A stretch of 64,000 bases of DNA, taken from assembly GCA_963514005.1 (NCBI GenBank), contig OY740788.1, positions 44,702,001 to 44,766,000 of the forward strand, read 5' to 3'. The notes under the pieces are model-generated. The model was given only the letters and a program-made list of their open reading frames with translations, was not told the origin of the DNA and did not search any database. This document shows positions 1 to 13,018 of this stretch, piece by piece; the stretch's first letter is position 1, and each line of letters starts with the position of its first letter. Position numbers and translations under genes: made by a program. The stretch is from Raja brachyura. Lineage: Eukaryota.

Positions 1-99
1 TTGTGTTTAATTCCATTATATCAGCTGCATAATATCATCAGTAAAAACCAAAGGAATGTTTTTCTATGCACGCACAACCTAACAATTAAATAAAGTTCA

Positions 100-365
100 T
101 GTCCCTTCGTTATCACCTCGTTCACAGCCTGCAGTGGACCATTGTGTGCCCCACCTTCCCAGAGTCATCAGTGCCAGCTCTGATTTGTTCTGTACTTTTT
201 CATACCTCTAGTTTCCTTCTACTGTGACACAGTCTGAGGAAGGGTCTCGACCCTGAACATCACCTATTCCTTTTGTTCAGATTTACTTCCTGACCCGCTG
301 AGTTATTCCAGCATTTTGTGTCAATGGTCAGTGTAAACTAGCATCTGCAGTTCTTTCCTACTCAT
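100..365 (+). repeat. Penelope-like element (PLE) 3'/pLTR remnant with degenerate minimal hammerhead motif
   Basis: agtctgaggaagggtctcgaccctgaacatcacctattcc...gctgagttattccagcattttgtgtc matches the family at 28083 and 27297. Confidence 0.7.
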
Positions 366-446
366 TTTAATACAGTTTGCTAATGCTACTCTTCTGCCTC
401 TGCGACAGTAGCTGGGATAATGTTGAGGTTCATCAATGGACACTGA

Positions 447-745
447 CTTTAGACTTTAGAGATTGCAATGTGGAAACAGGCCCTTCGGCCCACTGACTCC
501 GTGCCGACTAACAGTCACCCAGTACACTAGCACTATTCTACACACCAGGGGCAATTTTTATTTTTATTTTACCAAAGCCAATTAACCTACAAAGCTGCAC
601 ATCTTTGGAGTTTGGGAGGGAACTGGAGCACCGGGAGAAAAGCTCCACGTGGTCACAGGGAGAATGTACAAACTCTGCACAGACAGCACCCATAGTCAGG
701 ATCAAACCCAGGTCTCTGGAGCTGTAATGCAGCAACTCTGCCGCT
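447..745 (-). mobile_element. HE1-type tRNA-derived V-SINE
   Basis: Reverse complement has tRNA-like head, V-domain (ggtgctccagttccctcccaaactccaaagatgtgcag), CR1-derived tail (gggccgaagggcctgtttcc) and (tctaaag)n end. Confidence 0.8.
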
Positions 746-1279
746 GTTATTAGACCCGTAACTGTTATTAGAGATAACACTGCCAAGGAGAGAATTAGTT
801 AAATCCTAATTAGATAGCTAGATTTGTGCTGAAAATTTGGCACCTTGTCTTGTTCCATTTCATGGCTTTGAAGGTGGCGGGACAGCTGGGGTAAGAAGTG
901 GTGATGATACCTTTTCATCAGGAATGCAATCTTTCATATAGATGGAAAGATAAGAAATGCTGTAATGCGATTCAACAATCTTAGGGAAATCTTTCAACGT
1001 ATTATTTCAGCTCATGGTTCTTTCTATTGTGTCGACGTTCCCTGAAGCTGCATCCCAGTGTCCAGCATAACTTTCTGCTCTACATCAGATCATATCTTCG
1101 CAGCACCTGAAAAGCAAAATGCAGAAAGTGCTGGAAATACTCTGCTGGTTGGACATTGTCTTTATACCTTTGAAATATAAGACACGCGTATTGCGGAAAG
1201 TCAAAAAGGACGGTATTATCTCATGACATGCTGCCCTTCATCCGTCAGGGGATTGTATATAGAAGTTGGGATGTTATGT

Positions 1280-2010
1280 TACAGTTGTACTATGTGTTGT
1301 TCGGGCTGCACTTCGAGTCTTGCGTTCAGTTTTACTCACTGCTATTGGGCAGTTGCCATTAAGCTGGAAGATTTATGGGAATGGTGCCAGGACCCAAAGG
1401 CCTGAGTTATAGGGAGAGGTTGGAAGAATGGTCCCGACCCAAAACATCACCCATCGTTTATCTCCAGGGATGCTGCCGGACCTGCTGAGTTACTGCAGCA
1501 CATTGCATCTATCTTTGGAATAGACCAACATCTGCAGTTGCTTGTTTCTAGATGGCTTGGGCTTTGTTCCTTGTAATGCAGGAGGCTGAGGGATGATCTA
1601 ATAGGGGTGTACAAACTCATATGGGGAATAGATGGGGTGAATGCACAATGTCTTTCTCCCAGAGTAGGAGAATCAAGAACTAGAAGACATAGGTTTAAAG
1701 TGAGAGGAGAAATGTATAATTGGAACCTGAGCGACAATCTTTTCCCACAGGGGGTGGTGGATATACAGAATGAGCTGCCAGATGAAGTATTTTTCCCGCT
1801 GAGTTGCTCCAGCATTGTGTGTCTATCAAAGTAGTTGAGGGAGATACTGTACCATTTAAAAAAATATTTTGATTGTTACATGGTTAGGAAAGGTTCCTGG
1901 GGATATGGGCCAAGCACAGGCAAATAGGACTAGCTTAGACAAGGCATCTTGTTCGGCATGGACTGGTTGGGCTGAAGGGCCTGCCTCGGTGCAGGATGAC
2001 TCTATAACCC
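1280..2010 (+). mobile_element. Degraded CR1 (HER1-like) LINE 3' fragment, interrupted by a PLE fragment at ~1430-1550
   Basis: ORF 1607-1834 YKLIWGID..LSPRVGESRTRRHRFKVRGE..FPQGVV is the CR1 ORF2 C-terminus; tail gggctgaagggcctg. Confidence 0.8.
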
Positions 2011-2459
2011 CATGGCGTTTTCTTCTCACGTGTGCAGCTTGAGCACAACTTGGTGGAACAAAAAGCCAATCACAGATTGTACTAGCATCAGAGATGGACA
2101 CAAAATACTGGAGGGACAGATATTGCTGGATACTCAGCGGGACAGATATTGTGTCTATCTTGGGTATAAACCAGCATCTGCAATTCCTTCCTACACACTT
2201 GCACTAGCATCAGATTTGATTACGATGCCTACCTCTCATGTTGGACAAAGAGTGCACTGGAAAGAGGGCATGTAGTTTTATAGATACATTGTTGGGGTTG
2301 GGGGCTCTGATCCAATTCCTCTATTTCTGCTGCTCACTTCCTGCTGGAGTGTTAGGGCCAGAAATATCCAAACTCCTGCTTTTCTACTTTGCTTCCTCCA
2401 CTGTGTTACTTAAATCTAGACAAGAGAATCAAACCGCATCATCCCATTTGCCTCTTTCA

Positions 2460-2615
2460 GTTTAGTTTAGTTCAGTTTAGTTTATAGTTTAGTTCCATTT
2501 AGTTTAATTTAGTTTATTGTCACGTCTACTGAGGTACAGTGAAAATCTGTTGTTGTGTGCCAACATGGCTACAATCAAGCCATCCACGGTGTACTGATAC
2601 ATGATGAAAGGAATA
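2460..2615 (-). repeat. LINE 3' tail (Rex1/Babar-like) with (tttag)n microsatellite end
   Basis: (tttag)n followed by tttattgtcacgtctactgaggtacagtgaaaa; same tail at ~39250-39640, ~30440-30545 and ~56200-56560. Confidence 0.55.
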
Positions 2616-2619
2616 GCGA

Positions 2620-2945
2620 GGAATAGATCGGGTAGATGCACAGTCTCTAGCCCAGAGTAGGTGAATCAAGGGCCAGAGGACATGGATTTAAGGTAAAGGG
2701 GAAAAGATTTAATAGGAATCTGAGGGGTAACGTTTTCACGCAAAAGGTGAGGAACGAGCTGCCAGAGGAGGTAGTTGAGTCAGGGGCTATCCCAACGTTT
2801 AAGAACAGTTAGACAGGACATCTCATATGGACAGGTTTGGAGGGACTGGGCCAAACGCTGGCAGGTAGGACTATGTTGCTGGGACATGTTGGCCAATGTG
2901 GCCAAGTTGGGCCGAAGGAACTGTTTCCACACTGTATGACTCTAT
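2620..2945 (+). mobile_element. CR1 LINE 3' fragment
   Basis: cccagagtaggtgaatcaagggccagaggacatggatttaagg...gggccgaaggaactgtttccacactgtatgactctatg. Confidence 0.75.
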
Positions 2946-3374
2946 GATTCTAATAACGTTTAAGAAATGCTGCTGTTGGTGTAGAGATTTAAAAGAGTGG
3001 AGCAGTTGTAATGCGTGATTGCAGATCCACTTCAGATCCAGCACGCAAAGAGTCACTTGACTTGGGTGCCATCTTGGATCATTTGTCCAAGGACTTTCCT
3101 TGGAGCCAAGTCCTCTGCAATTGTCACATAGCAGAATGTAAAACTATATGAAGCCTGCATGAGATTGATGAGCAGGGATTAGCTGTACAGAAATATCTGT
3201 TCGCAAGAATGGCAAGCTCTCCTGCAATGCTGTATGCATTTTTTTTTTACTTAAACGTATACATTATCCTCCATGTCTATAAGTGGGTATGATTACTGCT
3301 TTCCTATGATGCATCTAACAGGGAAATGCTATTTTGACTTGTCAATCATGAAGATTGTGGAATGAAAAGTGCGA

Positions 3375-3685
3375 AGTTGTGCAGCTGGTAGACCTGCAGT
3401 CTCATGGAGATTCGGGTTCAATCCTGACCTTTGGTGCTGTCTGTGTGTAGTTTGCATGTTCTCCCTGTGCCCGTGTGAGTTTCCTCTGAGAGTTTCGATT
3501 TTTTCCCACATCCCAAAGACGTGCGGGTTTGTACGTTAATTGGCTTCTGTAAATTGCCCCCAGTTTGTAGGGAGTGGATGCAGGTGTGATAACGTGACTG
3601 TGTGAATAGGTCAATCAATGGTCAGCTTGGACTCAAAGGGCCAAAGGGCCTGTTCCATGTTGTATCCTTCAATCAATCAATCAAA
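3375..3685 (+). mobile_element. HE1-type V-SINE
   Basis: B-box-like gggttcaatcctgac, V-domain cccacatcccaaagacgtgcgggtttg, CR1 tail and (caat)n end. Confidence 0.75.
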
Positions 3686-4120
3686 ACACTTTTTAAAAAT
3701 TAAATTGGGTTTTTAAAACAAAAATAAATCAATGATTATTCGTACTCAAGGATTCCACTCTTGCCATTTTATCATTGTAGATTTCAAATGTAAATTAAGC
3801 TAACAACTGGCCAGACTTCACTAGAGAACTCCTTGTTTTTAATGTGCATGTTAGGAGAATGTATAATTATGTTTTTAAATATTGCATTTAGCTTAAAAAA
3901 TGTTGCTGTGGCTTTTTTAAAGTGTTGAAATCTATCTTAATGGCAGCTATAACTAGAAATGTTACGTCGGAATCATGTGAGTGACTACGTGAAGAGCCCG
4001 CCAGCCCGCATGCACGTCTTTATCGTCTAACGCATGGTGCACAACTGGCTGGGAGGCACGTTGCTCCTCCATCGGTAAGTTTAAAAGGCCCTACAGGTAA
4101 GTTTTGCACTTATTCTGAGG

Positions 4121-5029
4121 TTGTTTTTTGTTCGTAATATTGGTTACAGAACGGAGAGATTCCAATCATTATTGAAAAGTCCAGGGCGAAGTCCAAATGG
4201 GCCGCGGGGAAACCGGCTACGGAGGACCACGGGAGTGTGGGTAGCTGGCGGTATGTCTGAGGAGCATACCAGCATGCACGAGGTGCACAAAGCACTGGAT
4301 TTGTCTACCATAGCTTCTAAATTTGCGATACCCTCTTACACAGGGGAGCCGCTACAGGAGGAACTTGCTGCAAGCATCAACTACCTCACTTCCCACCAGC
4401 TGCAGGAGCAGGTAATGATAGATACATCTGCCAAATACCATACACCTGGGAACTGTGCTTCGCTAAATGTACCGGCTGTCAACAACTCAATTTGGGTATA
4501 TATTGGAGGGGGCATCAAGGCCCAGGAGGTAAAGCTCCAGAGAATCCTCAAAATGCTGGACTCAGGCATAATGGCGTTTGCCAGGTCCGTGGATGGGGTT
4601 CCATGGGCTGATGTACAGCAGGATGCCCTGGCATTAATGTGCAATGTACATTCCGAAATCACTCGCTTTCACAAAAATGCCATCCGACCTGCCCTGTACC
4701 CCAAATTTGCGGGGTTGTGCAAAGCCAGCAACATTCAGCCGCCGAATCTTCTCTTTGAAGAAAATTTGCCAAAACAGGTCAAGGACCTCGATGAAGAAGC
4801 GAAAGCTGTCGGGCTGATGAATGCGCCGTCGACCAACAAAGCTTCTCCATTCCGGCAGCATCACCCCTACGCTTCCACCAGCAGCAAGCGGTTCGCTGAA
4901 GCTGGTGGCAGGTCAAAGGCCGTATATTCTGGGCAGAAGTATTTTTTAGGGCAAGGCTGGCCCTCGTGGAAGATGTGCAATCCGCGCACTCCAGCACCCC
5001 TACCCCCCAAACCTCTGGGGCGGAAATAA
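4121..5029 (+). pseudogene. DIRS ORF1 (gag-like), 5' part deleted relative to copy B
   Basis: Aligns with ORF 19335 (LAASINY.T..QLQEQ, KY..P.NC.SL.VPAVNN.IW, VKLQRILK); lies between left ITR and RT. Confidence 0.8.
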
Positions 5030-5057
5030 AAACCACCGGTAACCATGTAGGTAGGTG

Positions 5058-6091
5058 TAGGTATGTTGCAAAACTTACCTTGAGCAGCGCTGCACTTCTG
5101 CCGCTCCCCGTGTGCGCGACTTTGGCGCCTTTCAGAGGGGGGCGGGCTTAAGGTGCCGTTTTTCAACAGGCAGGACAAATCGATGAATGTCAGGCGATTT
5201 GGTTGCGGAAGAAAAATCGCTCCGACATTTCATGAATGAAGGTATTTTTAAATTACTCTAAATTATTTATTAACTAGAGTAATTTAAAAATCAACTTCAA
5301 AAGCCGTGAGAACAGACAACCGGAAGGATTTTGCGTAGGGGAGAAAAAAAGGTAAATAGTTTATTTTTATATTAAAAGTTGGTTTTTCGGGAGCCTTTAA
5401 TAATATTTTTATGTTGCGAAATGGGGTCCCAAAAAATCTATGAACAAACAGTATTTTTCCCCCCGACTTCACCGCTAACCGCAACATTCCAATCCACCGC
5501 ATTCCACTAAAACCCACTCGCTAGTTGATTTAAATGGCCATTAATTTACAGGAATCAAACACTAAATTCCTTCCATTTGGCCCAGAAATTCATGAAAATG
5601 AGATTTAAAAATTATGTTATATTGTGGATTATTGTGTGAATGTTATTTGGACACTTAGGCAATTTAAAAAAAGTTTATCTTTTCTTAAGAAATGGATAGA
5701 TGTTTAGATCTACTCATTGAATTTTTTAATTAGCTACAATTAGATAACTAACTAATTATATGCTTTAATTTCAGGTCATCCAAGTAAGATTGTTTCATAT
5801 TTGTTTCAGAATGCTTCAATCTATAATAACTGAAAATTTCATTGAGTTCTCTTAATTTTTAAGAAAGTTATTGGCTTTTAACTTTTCCAGATCACAGCTT
5901 TTGAGTTAAGTCAATTGAAAGGCAATGGGGAGCAAGATGCTAATTTCCGAGTATGAAAATGGCCATAACTTTCTTAATACTGAAGATATGAAAGTAAATT
6001 AGGTGTCAAATTAAACTTTTTTTTATGCTTTATCTGATGGGATAAATTGCAGACTTGATTTTTTAAATCTCAAAATTTTGTAACATTGCTA
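5058..6091. mobile_element. Non-autonomous DNA transposon, 1034 bp, TAG...CTA termini, 7-bp TSD (hAT-like?)
   Basis: TIRs taggtatgttgcaaaa / ttttgtaacattgcta; TSD gtaggtg at 5051-5057 and 6092-6098; inverted second copy at 43633-44664. Confidence 0.9.
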
Positions 6092-7121
6092 GTAGGTGGG
6101 TCTGGTTCTTTCTGGAACATAGGGTGCGTGGACCGTATTCAAGTTGGTGGTAGATTACACTTGTTTTTGAATGAATGGAGATGGATAATGTCAGATCCGT
6201 TTATACTGCACAGTATACAGGGGTTCCTAATCGAATTCCTTCCCAATTCATTGCCACCCACACAGCGTGCACCGAACCGGATGTTTGTTCATTCACAACA
6301 GGAAGGTTTGGATGTGCAGGCTGAAATTCAAAAGTTATATTCAAAAGGGGTAATTGAGAGGTCGATTCATGAACCTCACGAATTTGTTTTTAATATGTTT
6401 ACAAAACAAAAGAAAGATGGAGGATGCCGAATCATCCTTGATTTGACTCAAATTAACGTTTATGTGTAGTTTGGACAGTTTAAAATGGAAACCTTTATTA
6501 CTGCCAAACAACTGATTTCCAAAGGATGCTTTATGGCCTGCATCGATCTCGGTACCCATACTATTCGGTACCCATTCACAGGGATCACCTGAGGTGTTTG
6601 AAATTTAACTGGATGGGGCAACTGTGGCAGTTTAAAGCATTGCCTAATGGGTTAACATCAGCCCCCAGATTATTTGCCAAATTATTAAAACTGACACTTG
6701 GGCTTCTCAGAGCTCAAAAACATATTGTTATGGCATACCTGGATGGTATCCTAATTATAGGAAAAACTCTGAAATGAGCTAAATTAGCTGTTTCAGCAAC
6801 TAAACTCTTGTTTGAGAGATTGGGGTGTCTCATCCATCCAGATAAATCTATGTTGATACCATCCTCAGTTATTGATTATTTGGGATTTACCATTAACTCT
6901 ATTCACATGTCTGTAACTCTGCCCTGGGGCAAGGGATTAGAATTAATAGAAGCCTGTAACAACCTTGTTGTTATTGAGCATCCATCTATTCAACAAGTGG
7001 CCAGGGTAATTGGCAGATTAGTGGTTGCCTTTCCAGATGCACAGTTCTTTTGCATTATCAGAATTTACAACGTGCAAAGGAGCAAGCACTCAAAGACCAT
7101 GCAGGTCATTTTAACAGACCT
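6092..7121 (+). pseudogene. DIRS reverse transcriptase, frameshifted (5' part of pol)
   Basis: VGGRL..F...W, KKDGG.RIILDL, YYSVPIH, QFKALPNGLTSAPRLF, YLDG (YLDD motif), DYLGFTI. Confidence 0.9.
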
Positions 7122-7499
7122 TTTTTTTAAAAAATGTTAATTATATTAGAAGAAAGTACATGAATATGGCGCCAAGGTGCCTAATATATATTGACATATT
7201 ACATTTAATGTACAGCTTCTTTTTTGTTTAAATAATGAAAAAGAAAAAGAGAGAATAGATAATAAAAGTCAGAGAAACATGTGATATCTTGTGTGTGAAA
7301 AGGAAAAAAAGTGTGAAAGAAGAAAATTGAAAAAAAGAAAGAAAAAGAGTAGAAAGTAAGAGATGGTTATCTATATTCTTGACCATCCCTCACCCAATCC
7401 TGAAACAGCTACCTTCTACGATTTTGTTGCACCATATGCTTCCAAAAAATCGACAAATGGAGACCAACTCGTTAAGAATTGGTCTGATTTATCTATTAG

Positions 7500-10400
7500 T
7501 AGGAATCGCATTTCCTCAAGATCTGCGGTGTCCAACATGTTTGAAATTCACATTTTAAGCGTTGGTATGGATGTATTTTTCCAAAAGTTAAGTATGTTTT
7601 TTTGCCGTTATTAACCCATAATTTAAAAATAAATTTTGAGATTAGTTCAATTTATTCCCATTTTCCATTATTCCAAATATAATAATTTCAGTATTTGGTT
7701 CCATTTTTATCTTAAATAATTTTGTAAATAATTCAAAAATAGCACTCCAGAATTTATAAAGTTTCATGCAGGGGACAAAATAGTGTGTTATAGTTGCATT
7801 TTGGGATAGACATTTATCATAAATGGAGGAAGTATTTGGATAGAATTTATTCAATCTAGTTTTTGAATAATATAATCTATGTAAAATTATAAATTGAATT
7901 AAATTATGTCTTACATTAATCAAACATTTGTGTATATATATCAAATACTTTTCCTGTTTCCTTTGTAATTTTATCATTAATTCTCATTCCCACTCTTCTC
8001 TAAGTGCCTCTGTTGATGGTAAGTATATTTAAAATACTATTATATAAATATGATATTAATATCTGTGTCAGCCTTAATATCTAAAGTTCTGTTTGGATAT
8101 ATTTGTATGTATTTCTTCATGAAGTCGCAGATCTGAAGATATTTAAAATATTGGCTATTTTTCAGTTTAAATTTTAATTGTAATTGTTGGAATGATAGCA
8201 GATTTCCCATTTCATACATATCACCGGTCCTTTTAATTCCCATTCTTTCCCATTGATTATATGTTTTATCTATAAGAGATGGTTTAAATGAAAGATTATT
8301 CACTATTGCCATTAACAATGATAGGTTTCTTAATTTTAAGGATAATTTTATTTGTTTCCAAATTCTTATTGTATTATGCATAATTGGGTTATTCTTATAT
8401 ATTGTGTTGTTCAGTTTTATCGTGGAGAAGAGGATTGCTCCTATGTTACAAGGAGAACAGTCCTCTTTCTCCATTCTTATCCATTCTGTCTGTTGGATAG
8501 AACTGTCCAACCAGTAAATTATATTCTTAATATGCACTGCCCAATAATAATACAAAAAGTTCAGAAGTGAAAGTCCCCCAACATCTTTTGGCTTGCACAA
8601 ATGTTTTCTTTGAATTCTGTGTGATCTATAGTCCCAGATAAAATTGGTAATATTAGAGACTAGTATTTAAAAAATGTTTTTTAGTATATATAATGGTATA
8701 GATTGAAATATCAATATAGGTATTGTGGTAAAAAGATCATTTTTATAGCGTTTATTCTGCCTATTAACGATAACGGAAGTGTTTTCCAGAATTTAATCAA
8801 CGTATTGAGTTTATTTAATAAAGGCATAAAATTAGCATTAAATAATGCTTTGTATTTTCTAGTAATTTGAGTACCCAAATACTTAAATTTTTCTGTTGCA
8901 ATTTTAAAGGGGAATTTTAATAGGTGTGTAGATTCTCGAGGTTTTAACGTCATGATTTCACTTTTATTCCAATTTATTCTATATCCATAAAAAGAACCAG
9001 ATTCCTCTATTAAATTTAATAAGTTTGGTATGCTTGTTTATGATTTTGTAATGTATAAAAGTATATCGTCTACATGTAATGAAATTTTATTATTTGAGTC
9101 CCGAATATTTTATCCCTGAATATTCGAATGAATTCTTATACTTTCAGCCAGGGACTCTATCATAAGGGCAAATAGCAGAGGTAATAAAGCACATCCCTGC
9201 CTATTGCCCCTCGATAATTGAAATTTTGGAGATAACATATTATTGGTTAATATTCATGCCGTCGGTTTATCATATAATAATTTTACCCATACAATAAAGT
9301 TCTCTCCCATATTAAGTTTTTGCAATACTTTATATAAATACTGCCACGCTACCTGATCAAATGCTTTCTCTGCGTCCAGAGAAACAATTGACATATCTTC
9401 TTCCTCCGTTTTATGTGAGTACATTATATTAAACAGGCGTCACAAATTATTAAATGAATGTTTTTTGGGTATAAACCCCGTTTGATCAGGATTTATCAAT
9501 TTACTAATATATTTAATCTTCTTGCTAAGGTCTTTGCTAAAATTATCTGATCTGTATTTAAAAGTGATATAGCTCTATATGAGCCCGGTTCATCTAAATC
9601 TTTATCTTTTTTTGGTATAAGCGTAATAGTTGATTCAGCTAATGTTTCTGGTAATTTACTTTCTTTAAAGGCATGAGTACATAAATTAAGTAAGCGTGGA
9701 GCCGTTATCTCGTGAAATATTTTATAAAATTTGGTACTAAAACCATCTGGTCCTAATTCCTCTTGTTCTGAAAGGTCAAGTTTTGGAAGATTACAGCTAT
9801 CTAAAAAATGTATAATTTTACCATCTTCTATTTTTGTTTTAGATGTATACAATTTTTGATAAAATTGAGCAAATCTATTGTTAATATCCTTAGGTAATGT
9901 TAGTAATTCACCTTTCTCTGATTTAATTTTAGTGATAGTATTTTCCTTTTCTTGTTTTTTCAATTGACGAGCTAAGAGTTTATGTGGCTTGTCACCAAAT
10001 TCGAAAATGTTCCTGTTTCGTGATTTGGAATAATCTTATTACTCTTGCCGATAAAATTCGATTAAGTTTAAATTTCAATAGTATTATTTTATTATGTTTA
10101 TCTCCAGTTGGATCTTTGGCATTATCTAACTCTAATTATGTAATTTCTTGTTCTAGCTCCTGTTGTTCTATCTTATTCTTTTTATTTTGAAACATTTGTT
10201 ATGAGATTATAACTCCTCTGATAAATGCCTTGAAAGTTTCCCATAATAGAGAAGGTGAAATACCTGGTGTTTCACTTGTCTCATAAAAAAATGTAATCTG
10301 TTGTTTTAAATATTTATACCCTTGTGGGTCATTTAGAATTTGTGTGTTAAACCTCCAAAAAGAATTCTTACCCGGCATTCCCTCAAATTTTCATAGAAAA

Positions 10401-11110
10401 GTCAACGGAGAATGATCAGAAATAATAGTGGTGTGGTATGAAGGATTAATTGTATATGGAATTAATTTTGTATCCACTAAAAAAATAATCAATTCGTGAA
10501 TAAGTTTTATGTACCGATGAGTAAAATGAATATTCCCTTATTAGTATTTTATTATACATGTATTTAGAAGTTCACTAGTCTTAGATTTTAAGTTACCCCT
10601 CCTTTATTTTACTGATTTGTCTAAATATGGATCTAAAATGCAATTGAAGTCCCCCCCTATTATTACATTTTGGTAATTAAATACTGATATTATATTTATA
10701 ATTTTATTTAAAAATTCGGGGTTGTCAAAATTCGGAGCGTAAATATTTATCATAGTCAGTGGGGTTGAATAAATTTCTCCCAAAACTATAATATACCTTC
10801 CCTCTTTATCTGAAATAGTATTCTTTAATTTAAATGGTATACCATTCTGAATAATAATAGCCGTACCTCTAGCTTTAGAAGTAAATGAAGAATAATACGT
10901 TTGACCTATCGAGTTTGCCTTCAATCTCATCTGTGTTTGTTGTTTCATGTGTGTTTCTTGCAAAAACATGATGTCAGAATTTAATGATTTTAATTGAGCA
11001 TGACTTCCATTGATGTTGTTGTACATTGAGCTCCGTCCCATTAGCAGAGTCTCGTGAAAGGCTGCGAACCGTTTGATATTTTTAAAAATTTTTTTATCAA
11101 ACCAGAGCAA
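7500..11110 (-). pseudogene. L1 ORF2 (APE endonuclease + RT), broken
   Basis: DIMFLQETH, NIYAPN, GGDFN; GPDGF, ITLIPKKDKD..SYRAISLLNTD; FKYLG; LSLIGRINAIKM; GGLSL.NF..YYWA. Confidence 0.9.
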
Positions 11111-11849
11111 TTAAAAACTGAAAAAATTCAGAAAAAGAGGAGAAAAATCAAAAATCAAAAATAAAACAACGTTTGTTCAGTTCTATCAGTATATATGCCT
11201 TTCCAATTTATCTAACATTAATCTATTCTAAACGTTACCATATATATCCACCCCAAATTATTATATTCTTTAATACAAGCAGGTTCCAAGGGGTTAAACA
11301 AAGCCACGCATCTGGATCATTTCCAATTGTATGATGCTCCTTCCTCCTTCACACACAGTGGTAGTTTGTTAGTATTATTATGAACATTTTAGTTAATTAC
11401 TGTGTATTAGTATATATCATCAATATTAGTTCATTTCCCTTGAACTAGTTTAAATTTATTTATTCAATTTTATATACACTCCCATTATCTCCTTCCCAGC
11501 TCCATGGGTTATTCATATTTGTAGCTTACATTAACAGATCATTAGTATTATTACGTTAGATTAATTAGATTTGTTAGATTATTTATTATTAAAATATAGT
11601 AATTAAAGATTTTCTTAAATCAACAGCTTTATATTCCAATCCGTAATATCTCATTCCATGTCCCTCATTAATTCCCTCATTAATTCTGTATCTTCAACGT
11701 CCCTTTGTTTATCTTTAAGTTTTCCATTCAAGGTGAAACATGGACTGTACGTTCGAAAACACATTCCAGACAGATAAGCATATCTGGTAACTGTCTGGAA
11801 ATGTTCCGCCATTTTAATTAGAGCAAGATCGTGTATTAAAAAGTTTAAT

Positions 11850-12856
11850 CTTCATGCTTGTCTTCATCTTCATCCTCTATTTCCTTTACGATATCTTGTG
11901 CGTACTTAAAAGCCATTTCGGGGTCCGTGAATGAGCGTTTGGTAGCCTTATAAGTAATCTTCATTTTAGCAGGATAAACCACCCCATATCTCACTTGGGA
12001 TATTCCTTTTCAAATATTTCTTGCCTGTGTCAACAAGATCCTTTTTTGGATGACTTCACATGGATAATTACGGGAAAGTCTAATATTATCTCCAGAATGT
12101 GTAAGATTCTCCCCGTGAACAATCTTATTCAGTATATTTTCCAGTGAAGAAATGTAGAGGAATTTCACAATTATCTGTCTACGGGGAGCATTTGTCCCTT
12201 TTGGAAAGCGTCCAACCCGATGAGCAACATAAATTCTTGGATTTTCCAGCAGTTTAAAAACTTCTTTAAGTAAGTCAGCAATGAAAGTATGTGTATGAGA
12301 TCTATGCCCCTCTCGTCCTTCCTTCACTCCTTCAATTTTTAAATTCTGCCTTCTCGATCTCACCTCCAAGTCCAAACACGTATCAGTCATTTTAATGAGT
12401 TGCTCCCCCTCAAATTTTTGTGCCTTTTTCAGATTCAATATTTCCAAAGACATCTCTTTCATTTCGCCCTCCATTTCTTCCATCAGCTTATCAGACTTTT
12501 TCACGTTCTCATACATCTTATCAAATTTCTTATTATAATCTTTTTCCAATCTGGCACATTCTCCCAATAATTTTTTATCAAGCTCCTTATACTGCTTCTT
12601 CAACTCCTTTAACTCACCACAAGCAGTATCAATTTTTTTTAGAAAGATTAATCTCCATTTTCTCCAATGTAGTATTCATGTCTGCTAGCATTTTCTTCAC
12701 CTCCTTCTCCTCTCCTTTTGTAGCCATTTCAGACACAAATCCTTGGGAGTAAGACTCTTCTTCTGAGCTTTCTGCTGTCATTTGCAGAGTTTCCAAAACT
12801 TCCTGAAGCTTGAGAGTAGCTTTCTTAGGTCCTCGTGAGCGTTTTTCCTTGCTCAT
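11850..12856 (-). pseudogene. L1 ORF1 (coiled coil + RRM), frameshifted
   Basis: MSKEKRSRG start, K/E-rich coiled coil, DLEVRSRRQNLKIEGVKEG, AHRVG, PRRQIIVKF. Confidence 0.88.
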
Positions 12857-13018
12857 TTAAAACTCCCGTTAAACTCCAGCTCCGGTGGGCTTTTTTAAAA
12901 TCGGTCCTGTCTCTCAAAACAGCTTTTTCGTAATTTTAACAAGAGAGGAGCTCAATACTGCGACCTTACAGCTTCATGGCCGCCCCCGGAAGTCATTGAA
13001 TGAAGTAATGTTAAAATG

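Larger units (their letters stand above)
7122..12994 (-). mobile_element. Full-length L1-clade LINE (degraded) inserted in DIRS pol
   Basis: Minus-strand 5' start gacttccggg; ORF1 and ORF2 remnants; poly-A (T run 7121-7128); TSD aacagacct at 7113-7121 and 13019-13027. Confidence 0.92.
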
